Below are positions 10,179 through 20,587 of a stretch of DNA of 49,146 nucleotides, in pieces. The notes beneath the pieces were generated by a model. That model ran no database searches. It saw only the letters and a program-made list of their open reading frames with translations, and was not told the origin of the DNA. How positions within the stretch are numbered: the first letter of the stretch is position 1; every line of letters begins with the position of its first letter. A program made the position numbers and the translations under genes. The DNA is from Bacillales bacterium UBA1361 (GTDB lineage: Bacteria > Bacillota_I > Bacilli_A > RFN20 > CAG-826): positions 329 to 49,474 of the forward strand of contig DBRT01000037.1 of the NCBI GenBank assembly GCA_002306335.1, given 5' to 3'.

Positions 10179-10790
10179 ATGGTAAGAAAAGAAATTAAAC
10201 AACAAGCAAAAGACCTAATTAAGAACGGGAAATGGTTTTTACTCTTTGTCGTTCTCTTAATTGTTAGTGCAGTTTCAAGTTTAACCGCTGGTATTTTAAT
10301 GCCAGTCGCACTCTTTGGATTACACTTAGCAATTGTAGGTATGTTTGCCGGTCAAGAATTTGACTTTAATCATTTCGGCACACCATTTAATGATTTTAAC
10401 CACGCATTAAAAGTTATCGCGGTTTATTTCTTAACAATGCTCATCGTGATGGTAGGTACAATGTTATTTATCATTCCTGGCATCATCTTCTATATGATGT
10501 ATGTCCAAGCCTATCGTATCATGATTGAAAAACCAGAAATTGGTATTATGGATGCGCTTCGTGAAAGTAAAGAAATGATGAATGGCTACAAAATGGATTA
10601 TTTTGTGTTCCAACTTAGTTTCATCGGTCACTTCTTATTAATAATGATTACCTTTGGGCTATGGGGAATTTATTTAATGCCATACTTTGTTGTTGCCGAC
10701 ACTAATTATTACTTACACCTTAAACAAGTTCGTAATGAAGCAAAAGTCGTCGCCGAAGCTGCACCAGTTGAAGCTGAAGTAGTCGAATAA
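10179..10790 (+). CDS. DUF975-like integral membrane protein
   Basis: N-terminus MVRKEIKQQAKDLIKNGKW is typical of DUF975 proteins. Several TM helices. RBS AGGAGG. Confidence 0.6.
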   Translation: MVRKEIKQQAKDLIKNGKWFLLFVVLLIVSAVSSLTAGILMPVALFGLHLAIVGMFAGQEFDFNHFGTPFNDFNHALKVIAVYFLTMLIVMVGTMLFIIPGIIFYMMYVQAYRIMIEKPEIGIMDALRESKEMMNGYKMDYFVFQLSFIGHFLLIMITFGLWGIYLMPYFVVADTNYYLHLKQVRNEAKVVAEAAPVEAEVVE

Positions 10791-10880
10791 TTTTTAAAAA
10801 TTAAAACTCTCCTGTGCTAAAACATATGTAATTTAATTATTTTCCTTTACAATATGTATAGATAGAGGGGAGTTTTTATT

Positions 10881-11768
10881 ATGAATAAAAAACAATTAGA
10901 AATTATGAGAAGCGGGAAAGGGTTCATTGCCGCTCTTGATCAAAGCGGAGGTTCAACACCAAAAGCATTACGCACCTATGGTGTCCCTGAAACCGCATAT
11001 AAAACTGACGAAGAAATGTTTACTAAGGTACACGAAATGCGGACGCGAATTATAAAAAGCGATGCCTTTAATAGTGAGCGAATTTTAGGGGCAATCTTAT
11101 TTGAAAATACAATGGACCGGAAGATTGATGCAAGTTATACCGCTGATTACTTATGGGAAGAAAAAGGTATTGTTCCTTTTCTTAAAATTGATCAAGGTCT
11201 TTGTGAACCTATAAGTGGTGTCCAACTGATGAAGCCGATGCCGAATCTTGCTAGTCTTTTAGAAAGAGCGAAAGAACGAAAAATATTTGGTACTAAAATG
11301 CGTTCGGTCATTAAAGAAGCGAATGAACAAGGCATTAAACTTATTGTCGAACAACAATTTGCGGTCGCTAAAAAAGTAATAAATTACGGTTTAGTGCCAA
11401 TTATTGAACCTGAAGTGGATATTAATAGTCCAACGAAAAAAGAAGCAGAAACGATTCTTCTAAAATTTATCCTCGAAGAGTTAGCAAAATTAGGACCAAA
11501 TGATTTAGTGATGTTTAAAGTGACTCTACCTACAATGATGAATTTATATGCACCACTTTTAAAAGATCCGCGTGTTGTTCGTGTTGTAGCTTTAAGCGGG
11601 GGTTATACTCTTGAGCACGCTAATGATTTACTTTATTTAAATAAAGGTGTAATTGCTAGTTTCTCACGGGCATTAGTCGCGGATTTACGCGTCGACCAAA
11701 GTGATAAAGACTTTGACAAAACTTTAGCGAAGGCCGTTGAATCAATTTACGAAGCTTCGCTTACCTAA
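10881..11768 (+). CDS. fda: Fructose-bisphosphate aldolase, class I (staphylococcal Fda type)
   Basis: Close to the remembered S. aureus Fda along its length ([32 protein letters not shown]). Confidence 0.85.
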   Translation: MNKKQLEIMRSGKGFIAALDQSGGSTPKALRTYGVPETAYKTDEEMFTKVHEMRTRIIKSDAFNSERILGAILFENTMDRKIDASYTADYLWEEKGIVPFLKIDQGLCEPISGVQLMKPMPNLASLLERAKERKIFGTKMRSVIKEANEQGIKLIVEQQFAVAKKVINYGLVPIIEPEVDINSPTKKEAETILLKFILEELAKLGPNDLVMFKVTLPTMMNLYAPLLKDPRVVRVVALSGGYTLEHANDLLYLNKGVIASFSRALVADLRVDQSDKDFDKTLAKAVESIYEASLT

Positions 11769-11788
11769 ATAAGGAAAAGACATTAAGG

Positions 11789-12631
11789 ATGAATGATTTA
11801 CAAAAAGTATTATTAGAAAATCTAAAAGAGTTTATTCGTGTTTGTGAAAAACATAATTTGCGCTATTACTTAGTAACAGGGAGTGCACTAGGTGCCGTAA
11901 GACATAAAGGCTTTATTCCGTGGGATGATGATATCGATGTAGCGATGCCACGAAATGATGCGATGAAACTTCTCGCGCTAAAAGATGAATTTAAAGAACC
12001 ATACTTCTTACAGCACTACACAACTGACCCCAGTTTTCCTTATCCGTTTATGAAGTTACGCAATAGCGCGACAACTTTTGAAGAAGGTCTTTTAAAGTTT
12101 CATAAGATCAATCACGGTATTTATATTGATATTTTTATTATTGATGGGATGAGCAAGACATCAACCCTTAAAAATAAATGGAAAAACGCTTTAATGTGGC
12201 CAGTGATGTATCTTATTTATGCCGCGAATTTCTGGCAAAAACCGCGTAAAAATACATTTATCCTTCAAATCTTACTCTATCTTGTATCAATTCTTTTATT
12301 ACCATTTAAAATTAATAATTGGCTCATTAAAGCACTTGATAAAAGTATGGCTAAAATACCTTTTGAAGAGGCGACACTTGTTGGTGCTTACCTGCTTTGG
12401 GGCGGGAATAAAGAGGCGATGGATAAACGGATTTATGGTCCAGGTGTTAAGATGAAATTTGAAACAATTGAAGCCGTTATCCCTGAAAATTATGATGCTT
12501 ATTTAATAAATCGTTATGGTAATTACATGGAATTACCACCAGAACATAAAAGAGTCGGTCACCATAAACCGAGCGCCTTAAGCACTAAAGTTAGTTATAA
12601 AGATTATTACAAACGAAAAAAGCGCCGCTAG
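11789..12631 (+). CDS. licD: LicD-family phosphotransferase (phosphocholine/phospho-alcohol transfer to glycans)
   Basis: LicD N-terminal signature LRYYLVTGSALGAVRHKGFIPWDDDIDVAMPR. Confidence 0.75.
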   Translation: MNDLQKVLLENLKEFIRVCEKHNLRYYLVTGSALGAVRHKGFIPWDDDIDVAMPRNDAMKLLALKDEFKEPYFLQHYTTDPSFPYPFMKLRNSATTFEEGLLKFHKINHGIYIDIFIIDGMSKTSTLKNKWKNALMWPVMYLIYAANFWQKPRKNTFILQILLYLVSILLLPFKINNWLIKALDKSMAKIPFEEATLVGAYLLWGGNKEAMDKRIYGPGVKMKFETIEAVIPENYDAYLINRYGNYMELPPEHKRVGHHKPSALSTKVSYKDYYKRKKRR

Positions 12632-12647
12632 GGCGCCTTTTTTGTCG
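12616..12647. terminator. Bidirectional rho-independent terminator between convergent licD and GT4 genes
   Basis: aaaaaaGCGCC-gctag-GGCGCctttttt, with an A-run on one side and a T-run on the other. Overlaps the licD stop codon. Confidence 0.7.
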
Positions 12648-12656
12648 TTTAGTTAA

Positions 12657-13664
12657 CTATTTTTCTTCGAGTACTCGGCGATAAATTTCTCCGAGTTTTT
12701 TACCGATTTCTTTAATGTCACGTTCTGCTGCTACTTTGTAACCTGCTTCCCTTGTATCCGCGGCTTTTTTAGTAATAATGTCATCAAGTAACGCTTTAAA
12801 TTCTTCATTAGTTTTACCTTTATGACAATTGACACCGTGCGTTAACCATTCTTCGTAAATCGGGATATCACGGATGAGAAGTGGACACTTACTTGCGAGG
12901 GCTTCAAGGACAACAATTCCTTCTGTTTCTTCGTAAGTTGGGAAGAAGAAGACATCAGCGTTTGCAAAAGCGCCTTCGATAATATCACCAGCAATGTAGC
13001 CTGGCATAATTACATTATCGGGTTTATTTTTAATGGCTTTTTTAATTTTACGACTTAGAACCGCTTTAGGGGTATGTCCAAACCAAATAAATGTATATTC
13101 AGGCCGATCTTTTGCAATTTCAATTAAGTCGTGGAGACCTTTACGCGCTAAGAAAAGCCCAACAGTCATTACGACTTTTTGGTCAGGTTTAAGCTTAAAA
13201 TATTCACGAAACTTTTGAATTTTTTCTTTATTATCAGCGTTAAATCTCGCTAAATCGACACCGTTTGATAAGGCAACAACTTCACGATTTAAGCCGTATG
13301 TATCAAGTAATTTTTTGGAGTATGGTGTTGGTGTTATGACAAGGTCACCCATTTTGTAAATGCGTTTTAAGTGTATTTTGAAAAAAGGTGCAATTTGATT
13401 ACTTAGCATGAAGGAGTTCATAAAGTCTTCTTTTGTTGAGTGACCATAAACTATTACTTTTTTTCCTTGTCTTCTTGCTTTGCGTGCCATACGGAAAGCA
13501 CTAGGGTCAATGGTGTTAATGACGACGAGATCATAGTCATCTTTTTCATTTGTGGTAAACGGGATTTTTGCTTCTGTTAATGCTTTGACTTGATGCTTCA
13601 TCGCGCGACCCACACCAGACTTATCATATAATTTTTGTTTTTTATTAAATAAGAGAATTCGCAT
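12657..13664 (-). CDS. Glycosyltransferase family 4 (possible glycolipid synthase type)
   Basis: ATG at 13664 follows AAAGGAG. GT-B/GT4 C-terminal motif FFFPTYEETEGIVVLEALA. About 335 aa, no signal peptide. Confidence 0.8.
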   Translation of the reverse strand: MRILLFNKKQKLYDKSGVGRAMKHQVKALTEAKIPFTTNEKDDYDLVVINTIDPSAFRMARKARRQGKKVIVYGHSTKEDFMNSFMLSNQIAPFFKIHLKRIYKMGDLVITPTPYSKKLLDTYGLNREVVALSNGVDLARFNADNKEKIQKFREYFKLKPDQKVVMTVGLFLARKGLHDLIEIAKDRPEYTFIWFGHTPKAVLSRKIKKAIKNKPDNVIMPGYIAGDIIEGAFANADVFFFPTYEETEGIVVLEALASKCPLLIRDIPIYEEWLTHGVNCHKGKTNEEFKALLDDIITKKAADTREAGYKVAAERDIKEIGKKLGEIYRRVLEEK

Positions 13665-13801
13665 ACTCCGGGCTCCTTTCACTCTCTTTTTATCATATCA
13701 CGATATATACTTTTTTGAACGTGTTAATAGTTTATAATTTAATGCTATAATTATTGCTATTAAAGGGAACTAAACCCTTAATAATAGAAAGAGTTAAAGC
13801 T

Positions 13802-14932
13802 ATGCGTGAAGCTTACAAAAAGATACCGTGTCGGATAACGGTCATTGACTTATTAAAACTTACAGGGATGATTTTTATTTGTATCCCGCACTGTTTACAA
13901 AGATGGGGGCCAAGTGATTATACATCAACATTAGGCTTTTCTTTTTTCTATAGTGTTGGTCTTTCGATGTTTTTCTTTAGTAGCGGAATTGTGCTCCGCC
14001 GCATCACATCACTTAAAGATTTGCTTATATTTATAGTAAAAACTGTTGGTGTGTATTTAACATCCGCCTTTATTTTTACTGTTTTATCAATTTATACTTT
14101 GCCGCGCTTTACGCTTTTAGAAAAAGACTTTGGCTACTGGATGAATGAATTGTATTTACGCACTGATACATTTTATTGGTATTTGCTTGTCGCAACATTA
14201 ATTAATATTTTTATCGCTAGTGCATATTACTTTGTGTCTTTAATAAAGAAAAATAACCTTAAGTGGGACATTTTTAAGGCAAGTCTTATAATTATACTTA
14301 CAGTTGCTTACTCAATGATTTTTTTACATATTTATAATAGAGAAGACTTAGGACCAGGGTGCTTAGGTGCTTCTTTAGTGCTTTACTATTTACCGATAAC
14401 TTTATTTGGTTTTCTTTTTAACATATTTAAACCGTATTTACTTAAACTACCACGCCAAGAATTACTTAAGGGTATCGCTACTTTAGTTGCGCTAGTAATT
14501 TATATACCGCTTTTAATTGTGTATCGCGATTGGCTCCCTCATTTAAACGGCTCATTTTGGACAATTAGTGCCTTATGGATATGTTCACTTAGCGGGACAA
14601 TTGTGTATTATTACTTACTTTCCAAAATCTCACACTTTACAATTGCTAAAAAAGTATCATATTACGGCTTCTTTAGCGGACAATTTTATTTAGTGCATGT
14701 GTATATTATTCGTCTTTTTGCTACATATATTCCGCGACCCGAGACGTTTGACTTTCCGGCAATTATGTTTGTTACCTTTTTAACAATTATCTTCACAATC
14801 GGTAGTATTTTAATTACTGTTTTCTTACGCTTTATTCCTTACACGGACTTCTTATTATTTATTAGTTATGATCGCTATAAAGACATTATTTATCCGCATC
14901 GTTGGCTAAAAAGAGTAGTGCTCCAAAAATAA
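13802..14932 (+). CDS. Polytopic membrane protein, acyltransferase-3-like
   Basis: At least 9 predicted TM helices. The N-terminus R-x3-IDLLK...H resembles the acyltransferase_3 start motif. Start is uncertain (TTG 13754 or ATG 13802). Confidence 0.5.
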   Translation: MREAYKKIPCRITVIDLLKLTGMIFICIPHCLQRWGPSDYTSTLGFSFFYSVGLSMFFFSSGIVLRRITSLKDLLIFIVKTVGVYLTSAFIFTVLSIYTLPRFTLLEKDFGYWMNELYLRTDTFYWYLLVATLINIFIASAYYFVSLIKKNNLKWDIFKASLIIILTVAYSMIFLHIYNREDLGPGCLGASLVLYYLPITLFGFLFNIFKPYLLKLPRQELLKGIATLVALVIYIPLLIVYRDWLPHLNGSFWTISALWICSLSGTIVYYYLLSKISHFTIAKKVSYYGFFSGQFYLVHVYIIRLFATYIPRPETFDFPAIMFVTFLTIIFTIGSILITVFLRFIPYTDFLLFISYDRYKDIIYPHRWLKRVVLQK

Positions 14933-15154
14933 AATTTAATGATTTAATTAAGAAGTGCTACGCTGATAGTCGTCAATTAATAATGAAAAAATGTTTCAAC
15001 CGTGAATAAAAATTTGCTGTGTTTATTTTACTTTGCAAAATAAATAATCATAAATTACAAAAAGTGTAATTCTAAAACATTTTTATTGTTAAACACTTTT
15101 TTTATGATATGCTAAATATGTAGACCACATATAACATAATAAGGAGGAACTTTA

Positions 15155-16273
15155 ATGAAAAAATCTCGTCTACTTGCCGGTTTTGTATTACTTGCTGGCA
15201 TTATGCTCTCTGTCACTGGTTGTCGAGAAAAAACCTACAAACTAGCGCTCGTTACTGACGTTGGTACAATCAATGACAAATCATTCAACCAAGGTGCGTG
15301 GGAAGGATTGGAAAAATACGCGAAAGATAAGAAAATGACTTATCAGTATTACCAACCAAAACAACAAACCACGAATGACTACGTTGAATCTGCTAAGGTC
15401 GCCATTGAAAACGGCGCGGAAGTTGTTGTAACTCCAGGCTACTTATTCGAAAATGCGATTTGGCAATTACAAACTGAACACCCAGATGTGAAATTCATCT
15501 TACTTGATGGTTCTCCACATAACGTCATTGACTGGGATACAATGGCAACACTTGATGGTGAAGACCCAAATTATGACATTAAAGATAACGTGTATTCAAT
15601 TTTCTATGCCGAAGAAGAAGCAGGCTTCTATGCTGGCTATGCTTCAGTTAAAGAAGGCATGAGAGATTTAGGATTCATGGGCGGTATGGCCGTTCCAGCA
15701 GTTGTCCGCTTCGGTATGGGTTATATTGAAGGGGCAAAATACGCTGCTAATGAATTAGAATTAGACGATGGTGCTGTCACTATGAAATACACATACCTTA
15801 ACTCCTTTATTCCTGACGCTGCTCACCAAACTAAAGCTGCTGCGTGGTACGGGACTGGGACCGAAGTTATCTTCGCCGCTGCTGGTGGAGCTGGTGGTAG
15901 TGTGATGAAAGCTGCCGAAGAAAAACAAAATAAATGGGTTATTGGTGTTGACGTTGACCAAAGAGCAGAATCAAGAACAGTCTTAACATCCGCTATTAAG
16001 AGTTTAGGCTCAAGTGTGTACCAAACCTTAGACAAAATCTATAAAGATGGCGTTAAAGGTGGTACAAGTGAAACTTTAGACTCAACCGTTGGCGGTGTTG
16101 GTTTACCAGCAAAATCGGATGCTGATTTTGATCGCTTCCAAAACTTTAACAAAGCACAATATGATGCCGTTTATGAACTCGTTAAAAATGGTACCATTAC
16201 TGTTTATGACGATGTTGAAGATCCAGATTATGTTGCCTTAGGTGGCGCAAAAGTTGTTGTTACTGTTGAATAA
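15155..16273 (+). CDS. BMP-family (PnrA/Med-like) ABC transporter substrate-binding lipoprotein, probably nucleosides
   Basis: Signal MKKSRLLAGFVLLAGIMLSVTGC. BMP-like LALVTDVGTINDKSFNQGAWEG. Followed by a double-NBD ATPase and two permeases. Confidence 0.85.
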   Translation: MKKSRLLAGFVLLAGIMLSVTGCREKTYKLALVTDVGTINDKSFNQGAWEGLEKYAKDKKMTYQYYQPKQQTTNDYVESAKVAIENGAEVVVTPGYLFENAIWQLQTEHPDVKFILLDGSPHNVIDWDTMATLDGEDPNYDIKDNVYSIFYAEEEAGFYAGYASVKEGMRDLGFMGGMAVPAVVRFGMGYIEGAKYAANELELDDGAVTMKYTYLNSFIPDAAHQTKAAAWYGTGTEVIFAAAGGAGGSVMKAAEEKQNKWVIGVDVDQRAESRTVLTSAIKSLGSSVYQTLDKIYKDGVKGGTSETLDSTVGGVGLPAKSDADFDRFQNFNKAQYDAVYELVKNGTITVYDDVEDPDYVALGGAKVVVTVE

Positions 16274-16295
16274 TAATTTTTAACATAAGCTAACT

Positions 16296-16327
16296 AAAGG
16301 CCGCGCAATTATACGCGCGGCCTTTTA
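16296..16327 (+). terminator. Strong hairpin between the SBP gene and the ATPase gene (intra-operon attenuator/terminator)
   Basis: AAAGGCCGCGC-aattatac-GCGCGGCCTTT followed by tt. Confidence 0.75.
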
Positions 16328-16390
16328 CTTTATTACCAAATTAAAAACTTCATGTTATAATTGATTTAAAGTTGTAAAGGAGATTTTATT

Positions 16391-17926
16391 ATGTCCTACG
16401 TTATTGAAATGTTGAACATAACAAAGAGCTTCCCTGGCATTAAAGCTAATGACAATGTTACGCTGCAATTAAAGCACGGAGAAATTCATGCTTTATTAGG
16501 AGAAAACGGTGCAGGGAAAAGTACATTGATGTCGATTCTTTTTGGGCTATATCAACCTGATGAAGGAACAATTAAAGTGCATGGTGAAGTTGTCAACATT
16601 AAAAATCCAAATGACGCTAATGATTTAAAGATTGGGATGGTTCACCAACATTTTAAGTTAGTGGAAGATTATACTGTGTTAGAAAATATTATTCTTGGTC
16701 GAGAAGAGACGAAAAACGGTTTTCTAACAACCAAAAATGCGCGTAAAAAGATCTTAGAAATTGCTGACCACTATGGTTTACACATTGATTTAGACGCAAA
16801 GATTGAAGATATTACTGTTGGTATGCAACAACGTGTGGAGATTTTAAAGATGCTTTATCGTGATGCGGAAATTTTAATTTTTGACGAACCAACAGCAGTG
16901 CTTACCCCGCAAGAAATTGTGGAGTTAATGGATAATATGCGTGACTTAATTAAAGAAGGAAAATCGATTATTCTTATCACACATAAACTTAATGAAATTA
17001 AAATGGTTGCTGATCGCTGTACAGTACTGCGGAAAGGACAATACATTGGGACAGTTGATGTAAAAAACACAACAGTTGAAGAAATGGCAGAGATGATGGT
17101 TGGACGCAAAGTTAGTTTCCACATTGAACGCGAGAAAAGTGAACCTGGTGAAGTTATCCTTGAAGTAAAAGATGTTAATCACTTTAATGATTATTTAAAT
17201 AAAAAGGACTTAACAGATGTCTCCTTTAATGTGCGCGCTGGTGAAATTGTCGTAGTAGCGGGGATTGAAGGTAATGGTCAAAGTCAACTGGCAAGTGTCA
17301 TCACCGGCTTACGTAATGTTAAATCAGGACATATTTACTTAAATGGCGAAGAAATAACGCATAAAACAATCCGGCAAAAAACTTTAGCGGGTATTAGCCA
17401 TATTCCTGAAGACCGCCATAAACACGGACTTGTTTTAGATTTTAATTTAGCGTATAACCTTATTTTACAAACATATTTCACTCCTGAAATACAAAAATAC
17501 GGATTCTTAAAATTTAATAGCATTAATGAAAAAGCTGATGAACTTATTGAACGCTTTGATATTAGGAGTGGTGAAGGTAGAAAAACCCCAATGCGGAGTA
17601 TGAGTGGCGGTAATCAGCAAAAAACAATTATCGCTCGTGAATTATCTAGGCCTATGGATTTAGTCGTCGCTGTCCAACCAACACGCGGACTTGATGTGGG
17701 GGCGATTGAATACATTCATAAACAACTAATCAAATTACGTGATGAACGCAAAGCAATTCTTGTTTTCTCCCTTGAACTAGATGAAGTCTTCGCCATTGCG
17801 GACCGCATTTTAGTGATGTTTGAAGGACGAATTGTCGCTAATTTAATTACAGCAGAAACTAATGAAAATGAACTTGGGCTTTATATGTCAGGTTCGAAAG
17901 AGGCAACTTATGACGGAAGTAACTAA
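16391..17926 (+). CDS. ABC transporter ATP-binding protein with two fused NBDs (nucleoside/sugar importer type)
   Basis: Walker A GENGAGKST. Second NBD with signature MSGGNQQK. 511 aa. Confidence 0.9.
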   Translation: MSYVIEMLNITKSFPGIKANDNVTLQLKHGEIHALLGENGAGKSTLMSILFGLYQPDEGTIKVHGEVVNIKNPNDANDLKIGMVHQHFKLVEDYTVLENIILGREETKNGFLTTKNARKKILEIADHYGLHIDLDAKIEDITVGMQQRVEILKMLYRDAEILIFDEPTAVLTPQEIVELMDNMRDLIKEGKSIILITHKLNEIKMVADRCTVLRKGQYIGTVDVKNTTVEEMAEMMVGRKVSFHIEREKSEPGEVILEVKDVNHFNDYLNKKDLTDVSFNVRAGEIVVVAGIEGNGQSQLASVITGLRNVKSGHIYLNGEEITHKTIRQKTLAGISHIPEDRHKHGLVLDFNLAYNLILQTYFTPEIQKYGFLKFNSINEKADELIERFDIRSGEGRKTPMRSMSGGNQQKTIIARELSRPMDLVVAVQPTRGLDVGAIEYIHKQLIKLRDERKAILVFSLELDEVFAIADRILVMFEGRIVANLITAETNENELGLYMSGSKEATYDGSN

Positions 17927-19142
17927 GAAAAGGACATGTAGTCTAAAATTTAAAACCTGGTGGCGCAAAGTTGTTGAATCCACAGGGATTGAGAAATTTC
18001 TTGCGACGATTATTGCGATTATCGCTGGGCTTCTATTTGGCCTTATCGTTATGCTCGTCATCAATATTACTGATCCATTTGTCGCTTTTGAAGGACTTGG
18101 GGCGATTTTAACTGCTGGTTTCTCTAAAGGCGTAAAAAGCATTGGTGAAGTGCTCTTCCGCGCTGCACCATTAATTTTAGTGGGGCTTTCAGTCGCATTT
18201 GCCTTTAAGACAGGCTTATTTAATATTGGCGCTAGTGGACAATTAATGATGGGGTCGTTTTTAGCTGTTTTTGTGGGGATTAAAACCGAATCATGGATTT
18301 TAGCGCTTATTAGCGGTGTGCTCGGTGGCGCATTATGGGCATTAATCCCAGCCTTACTTAAAGCTTATCGCAATGTCCATGAAGTTGTGGCGACCATTAT
18401 GATGAACTATATTGCAATGCACTCTTCAAAGATGTTAATTGAATGGTTAATTTTTATGCCAATTCAGCAACAAGCACGTCCTGTGCCCACAGGCGGACAA
18501 TTACCAACATTAGGACTTGATAAATTATTTAACTTTCCGCGCCTTAATAGCGGGATAGTAATAGCGATAATTACGACAATTATCATTTTTGTGTTACTTG
18601 AAAAAACAACCTTTGGTTATCAGCTTAAAGCAGTTGGCTTTAACCGTGAAGCCGCGCGTTATGCAGGGATTAATGATAAACGTAATATCGTGCTCTCACT
18701 TGTAATTGCTGGCGCTCTTGCTGGTTTAGCGGGGGCTGTTATTTACTTAGTGCCAGCGCAAGGCGAAAGACTTGCCACAAAACACGTTATCTCAAATTAC
18801 GGCTTCCAAGGGATTGCCGTTGCACTCCTTGGGATGAGCCATCCAATAGGAACGATGGGAGCGGGGCTCTTCTTTGGTTATATTGAAGCGGCGAACTTAC
18901 CACTCCAAAGAGTTGGGTTTAAACGCGAAATTATTGATATTATTTCGGCAAGTATTATTTACTTTAGTGCCTTTACGTTATTCTTCCAAATTTACGCACG
19001 ACGCTTTATTAATAAAATGCGTGATTTCTTCGCTAAGATAAAGAAAAAACCACAATTAGCAACTGCCGAAGGAGTAGAAATTGAAACGCTACCACCGAAT
19101 GAAGAAGGTAAAGAAGGAGGACAAGAAGATGACCGAAAATAA
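17910..19142 (+). CDS. ABC transporter permease (BMP/nucleoside system)
   Basis: ATG at 17910 follows AAAGAGG and overlaps the ATPase gene end. Polytopic membrane protein. Confidence 0.85.
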   Translation: MTEVTKKRTCSLKFKTWWRKVVESTGIEKFLATIIAIIAGLLFGLIVMLVINITDPFVAFEGLGAILTAGFSKGVKSIGEVLFRAAPLILVGLSVAFAFKTGLFNIGASGQLMMGSFLAVFVGIKTESWILALISGVLGGALWALIPALLKAYRNVHEVVATIMMNYIAMHSSKMLIEWLIFMPIQQQARPVPTGGQLPTLGLDKLFNFPRLNSGIVIAIITTIIIFVLLEKTTFGYQLKAVGFNREAARYAGINDKRNIVLSLVIAGALAGLAGAVIYLVPAQGERLATKHVISNYGFQGIAVALLGMSHPIGTMGAGLFFGYIEAANLPLQRVGFKREIIDIISASIIYFSAFTLFFQIYARRFINKMRDFFAKIKKKPQLATAEGVEIETLPPNEEGKEGGQEDDRK

Positions 19143-20241
19143 ATCAAAGTTCAAAGTTTTTCTTGCTAAACTTCCGAAACTTTCGAAAAAACAAATTATT
19201 ACAATCGCAGTTTTACTTGTCCTTTATGTGTTACTTGCTATCTTTACGAGTGATAAAATGTACGATCTTTTAACACAGACGATTTACTCGGCAATCCCCT
19301 TAGCAATTGTGGCGATGGGCGGCATGTATAGTGAGCGTTCAGGCGTCGTTAATATTGCCCTTGAAGGGACAATGATGTTTGGGGCATTTGTCGGAATATT
19401 ATGCTTAAGTCATATCCAACATGCGGGAATTGATGGCCAACATATTATTTTCCTTGCGCTCTTAATTGGGGCTATTTCTGGCGTTATATTCTCCGCCTTA
19501 CACGCTTTTGCCTCAATTACAATGAAAAGTGATCAAACAATTTCGGGGACAGCACTTAATATGCTCGCTGCTGGGTTAGCAATCTTTATGGGCCGCGCAC
19601 TTTCACTAGGCCGAACAGAAGAAATTACCTTTTCAAGTACGCATCATCGTATTAGTGCGATTCCGCTTTTACGCCATATTCCGTTCTTTGGTAAAATCCT
19701 GTTTGAAGATATTTACTTAATTTCATTATTCGGTATTTTGCTCTTTATTGTGATGGGTGTTATTGCCTATAAGACGAAGTTTGGATTACGCTTACGAGCA
19801 TGTGGCGAAAATCCGCATGCTGCAGATGCAGCCGGAATTAATGTCATCAGAACTCGTTATATTGCTGTTTTAATCAGCGGAATGCTCGGCGGTATTGGCG
19901 GTGTCTTACTTATTATCCCGACGACCGTGAGTTTTATCGCGAATGTGTATGGATTTGGGTTCTTAGCACTTGCCGTTCTTATCAGTGGTCAATGGAAACC
20001 AAGTCGGATTATGATTTTTGCGATTTTCTTTGGACTCTTACGGAGTATTGCTTTTGGTTTTGCTTTTATTAAGGCAGACTTAAGTCATATTGCGTTCCTT
20101 AAAACATTCTTAGATAAGTTACCGACGGATATTTTAAATATGTTGCCATATGTTGTAACACTTATTGTGCTTGCCTTTACATCACTTAAATCACGCGGAC
20201 CAAAAGCCGCAGGTGAACCTTATGACCAAGGGAAACGCTGA
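19129..20241 (+). CDS. ABC transporter permease (BMP/nucleoside system)
   Basis: ATG at 19129 follows GAAGGAGG and overlaps the previous gene by 14 nt. Polytopic. Ends in TGA. Confidence 0.85.
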   Translation: MTENKSKFKVFLAKLPKLSKKQIITIAVLLVLYVLLAIFTSDKMYDLLTQTIYSAIPLAIVAMGGMYSERSGVVNIALEGTMMFGAFVGILCLSHIQHAGIDGQHIIFLALLIGAISGVIFSALHAFASITMKSDQTISGTALNMLAAGLAIFMGRALSLGRTEEITFSSTHHRISAIPLLRHIPFFGKILFEDIYLISLFGILLFIVMGVIAYKTKFGLRLRACGENPHAADAAGINVIRTRYIAVLISGMLGGIGGVLLIIPTTVSFIANVYGFGFLALAVLISGQWKPSRIMIFAIFFGLLRSIAFGFAFIKADLSHIAFLKTFLDKLPTDILNMLPYVVTLIVLAFTSLKSRGPKAAGEPYDQGKR

Positions 20242-20278
20242 TTATTTGCTAAATATTACATATTTAACTTTATAACAC

Positions 20279-20306
20279 TTGCAAAAATCACTTAAATAAC
20301 TATAAT
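20279..20306 (+). promoter_or_regulatory. Sigma-A type promoter of tRNA-Arg
   Basis: TTGCAA, 16-nt spacer, TATAAT, ending 14 nt before the tRNA 5' end. Confidence 0.7.
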
Positions 20307-20320
20307 GTTTAAGTGACGCT

Positions 20321-20397
20321 GCGGTCATAGCTCAACTGGATAGAGTGCCAGACTACGAATCTGGAGGTTGGGAGTTCGATTCTTCCTGACCGCGCCA
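20321..20397 (+). tRNA. tRNA-Arg (anticodon ACG), CCA encoded
   Basis: Manual cloverleaf: acceptor GCGGTCA/TGACCGC, anticodon arm CCAGA-CTACGAA-TCTGG, T arm GGGAG-TTCGATT-CTTCC. Confidence 0.9.
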
Positions 20398-20534
20398 TTG
20401 CGAATAAACATGCTCCCTAAAATTGCACTAGAGTCTAGTACAATGAAAAGGGGAGCTTTTTATTTATGAAATCTAATTATGTCTAATACATGCGATAAAC
20501 GAATAAATTTGACAAAGTAAAATTTAGATTTATT

Positions 20535-20577
20535 TTAGGGAACAAATTGTGTATAATTAAGTTAGAAAGTTCCCTAA
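20535..20577. promoter_or_regulatory. Perfect 9-bp inverted repeat bracketing a TATAAT box upstream of the Doc/Fic gene (possible operator)
   Basis: TTAGGGAAC (20535-20543) and GTTCCCTAA (20569-20577), with TATAAT at 20552-20557 between them. Confidence 0.45.
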
Positions 20578-20587
20578 GAGAATTGTT

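Noticed and set aside
17862-17909. N-terminal extensions of the two nucleoside-ABC permease ORFs (17862 and 19081 starts)
   Set aside because: The extensions overlap the preceding genes and lack SDs. Internal ATGs at 17910 and 19129 have strong SDs (AAAGAGG, GAAGGAGG) and give normal N-termini.
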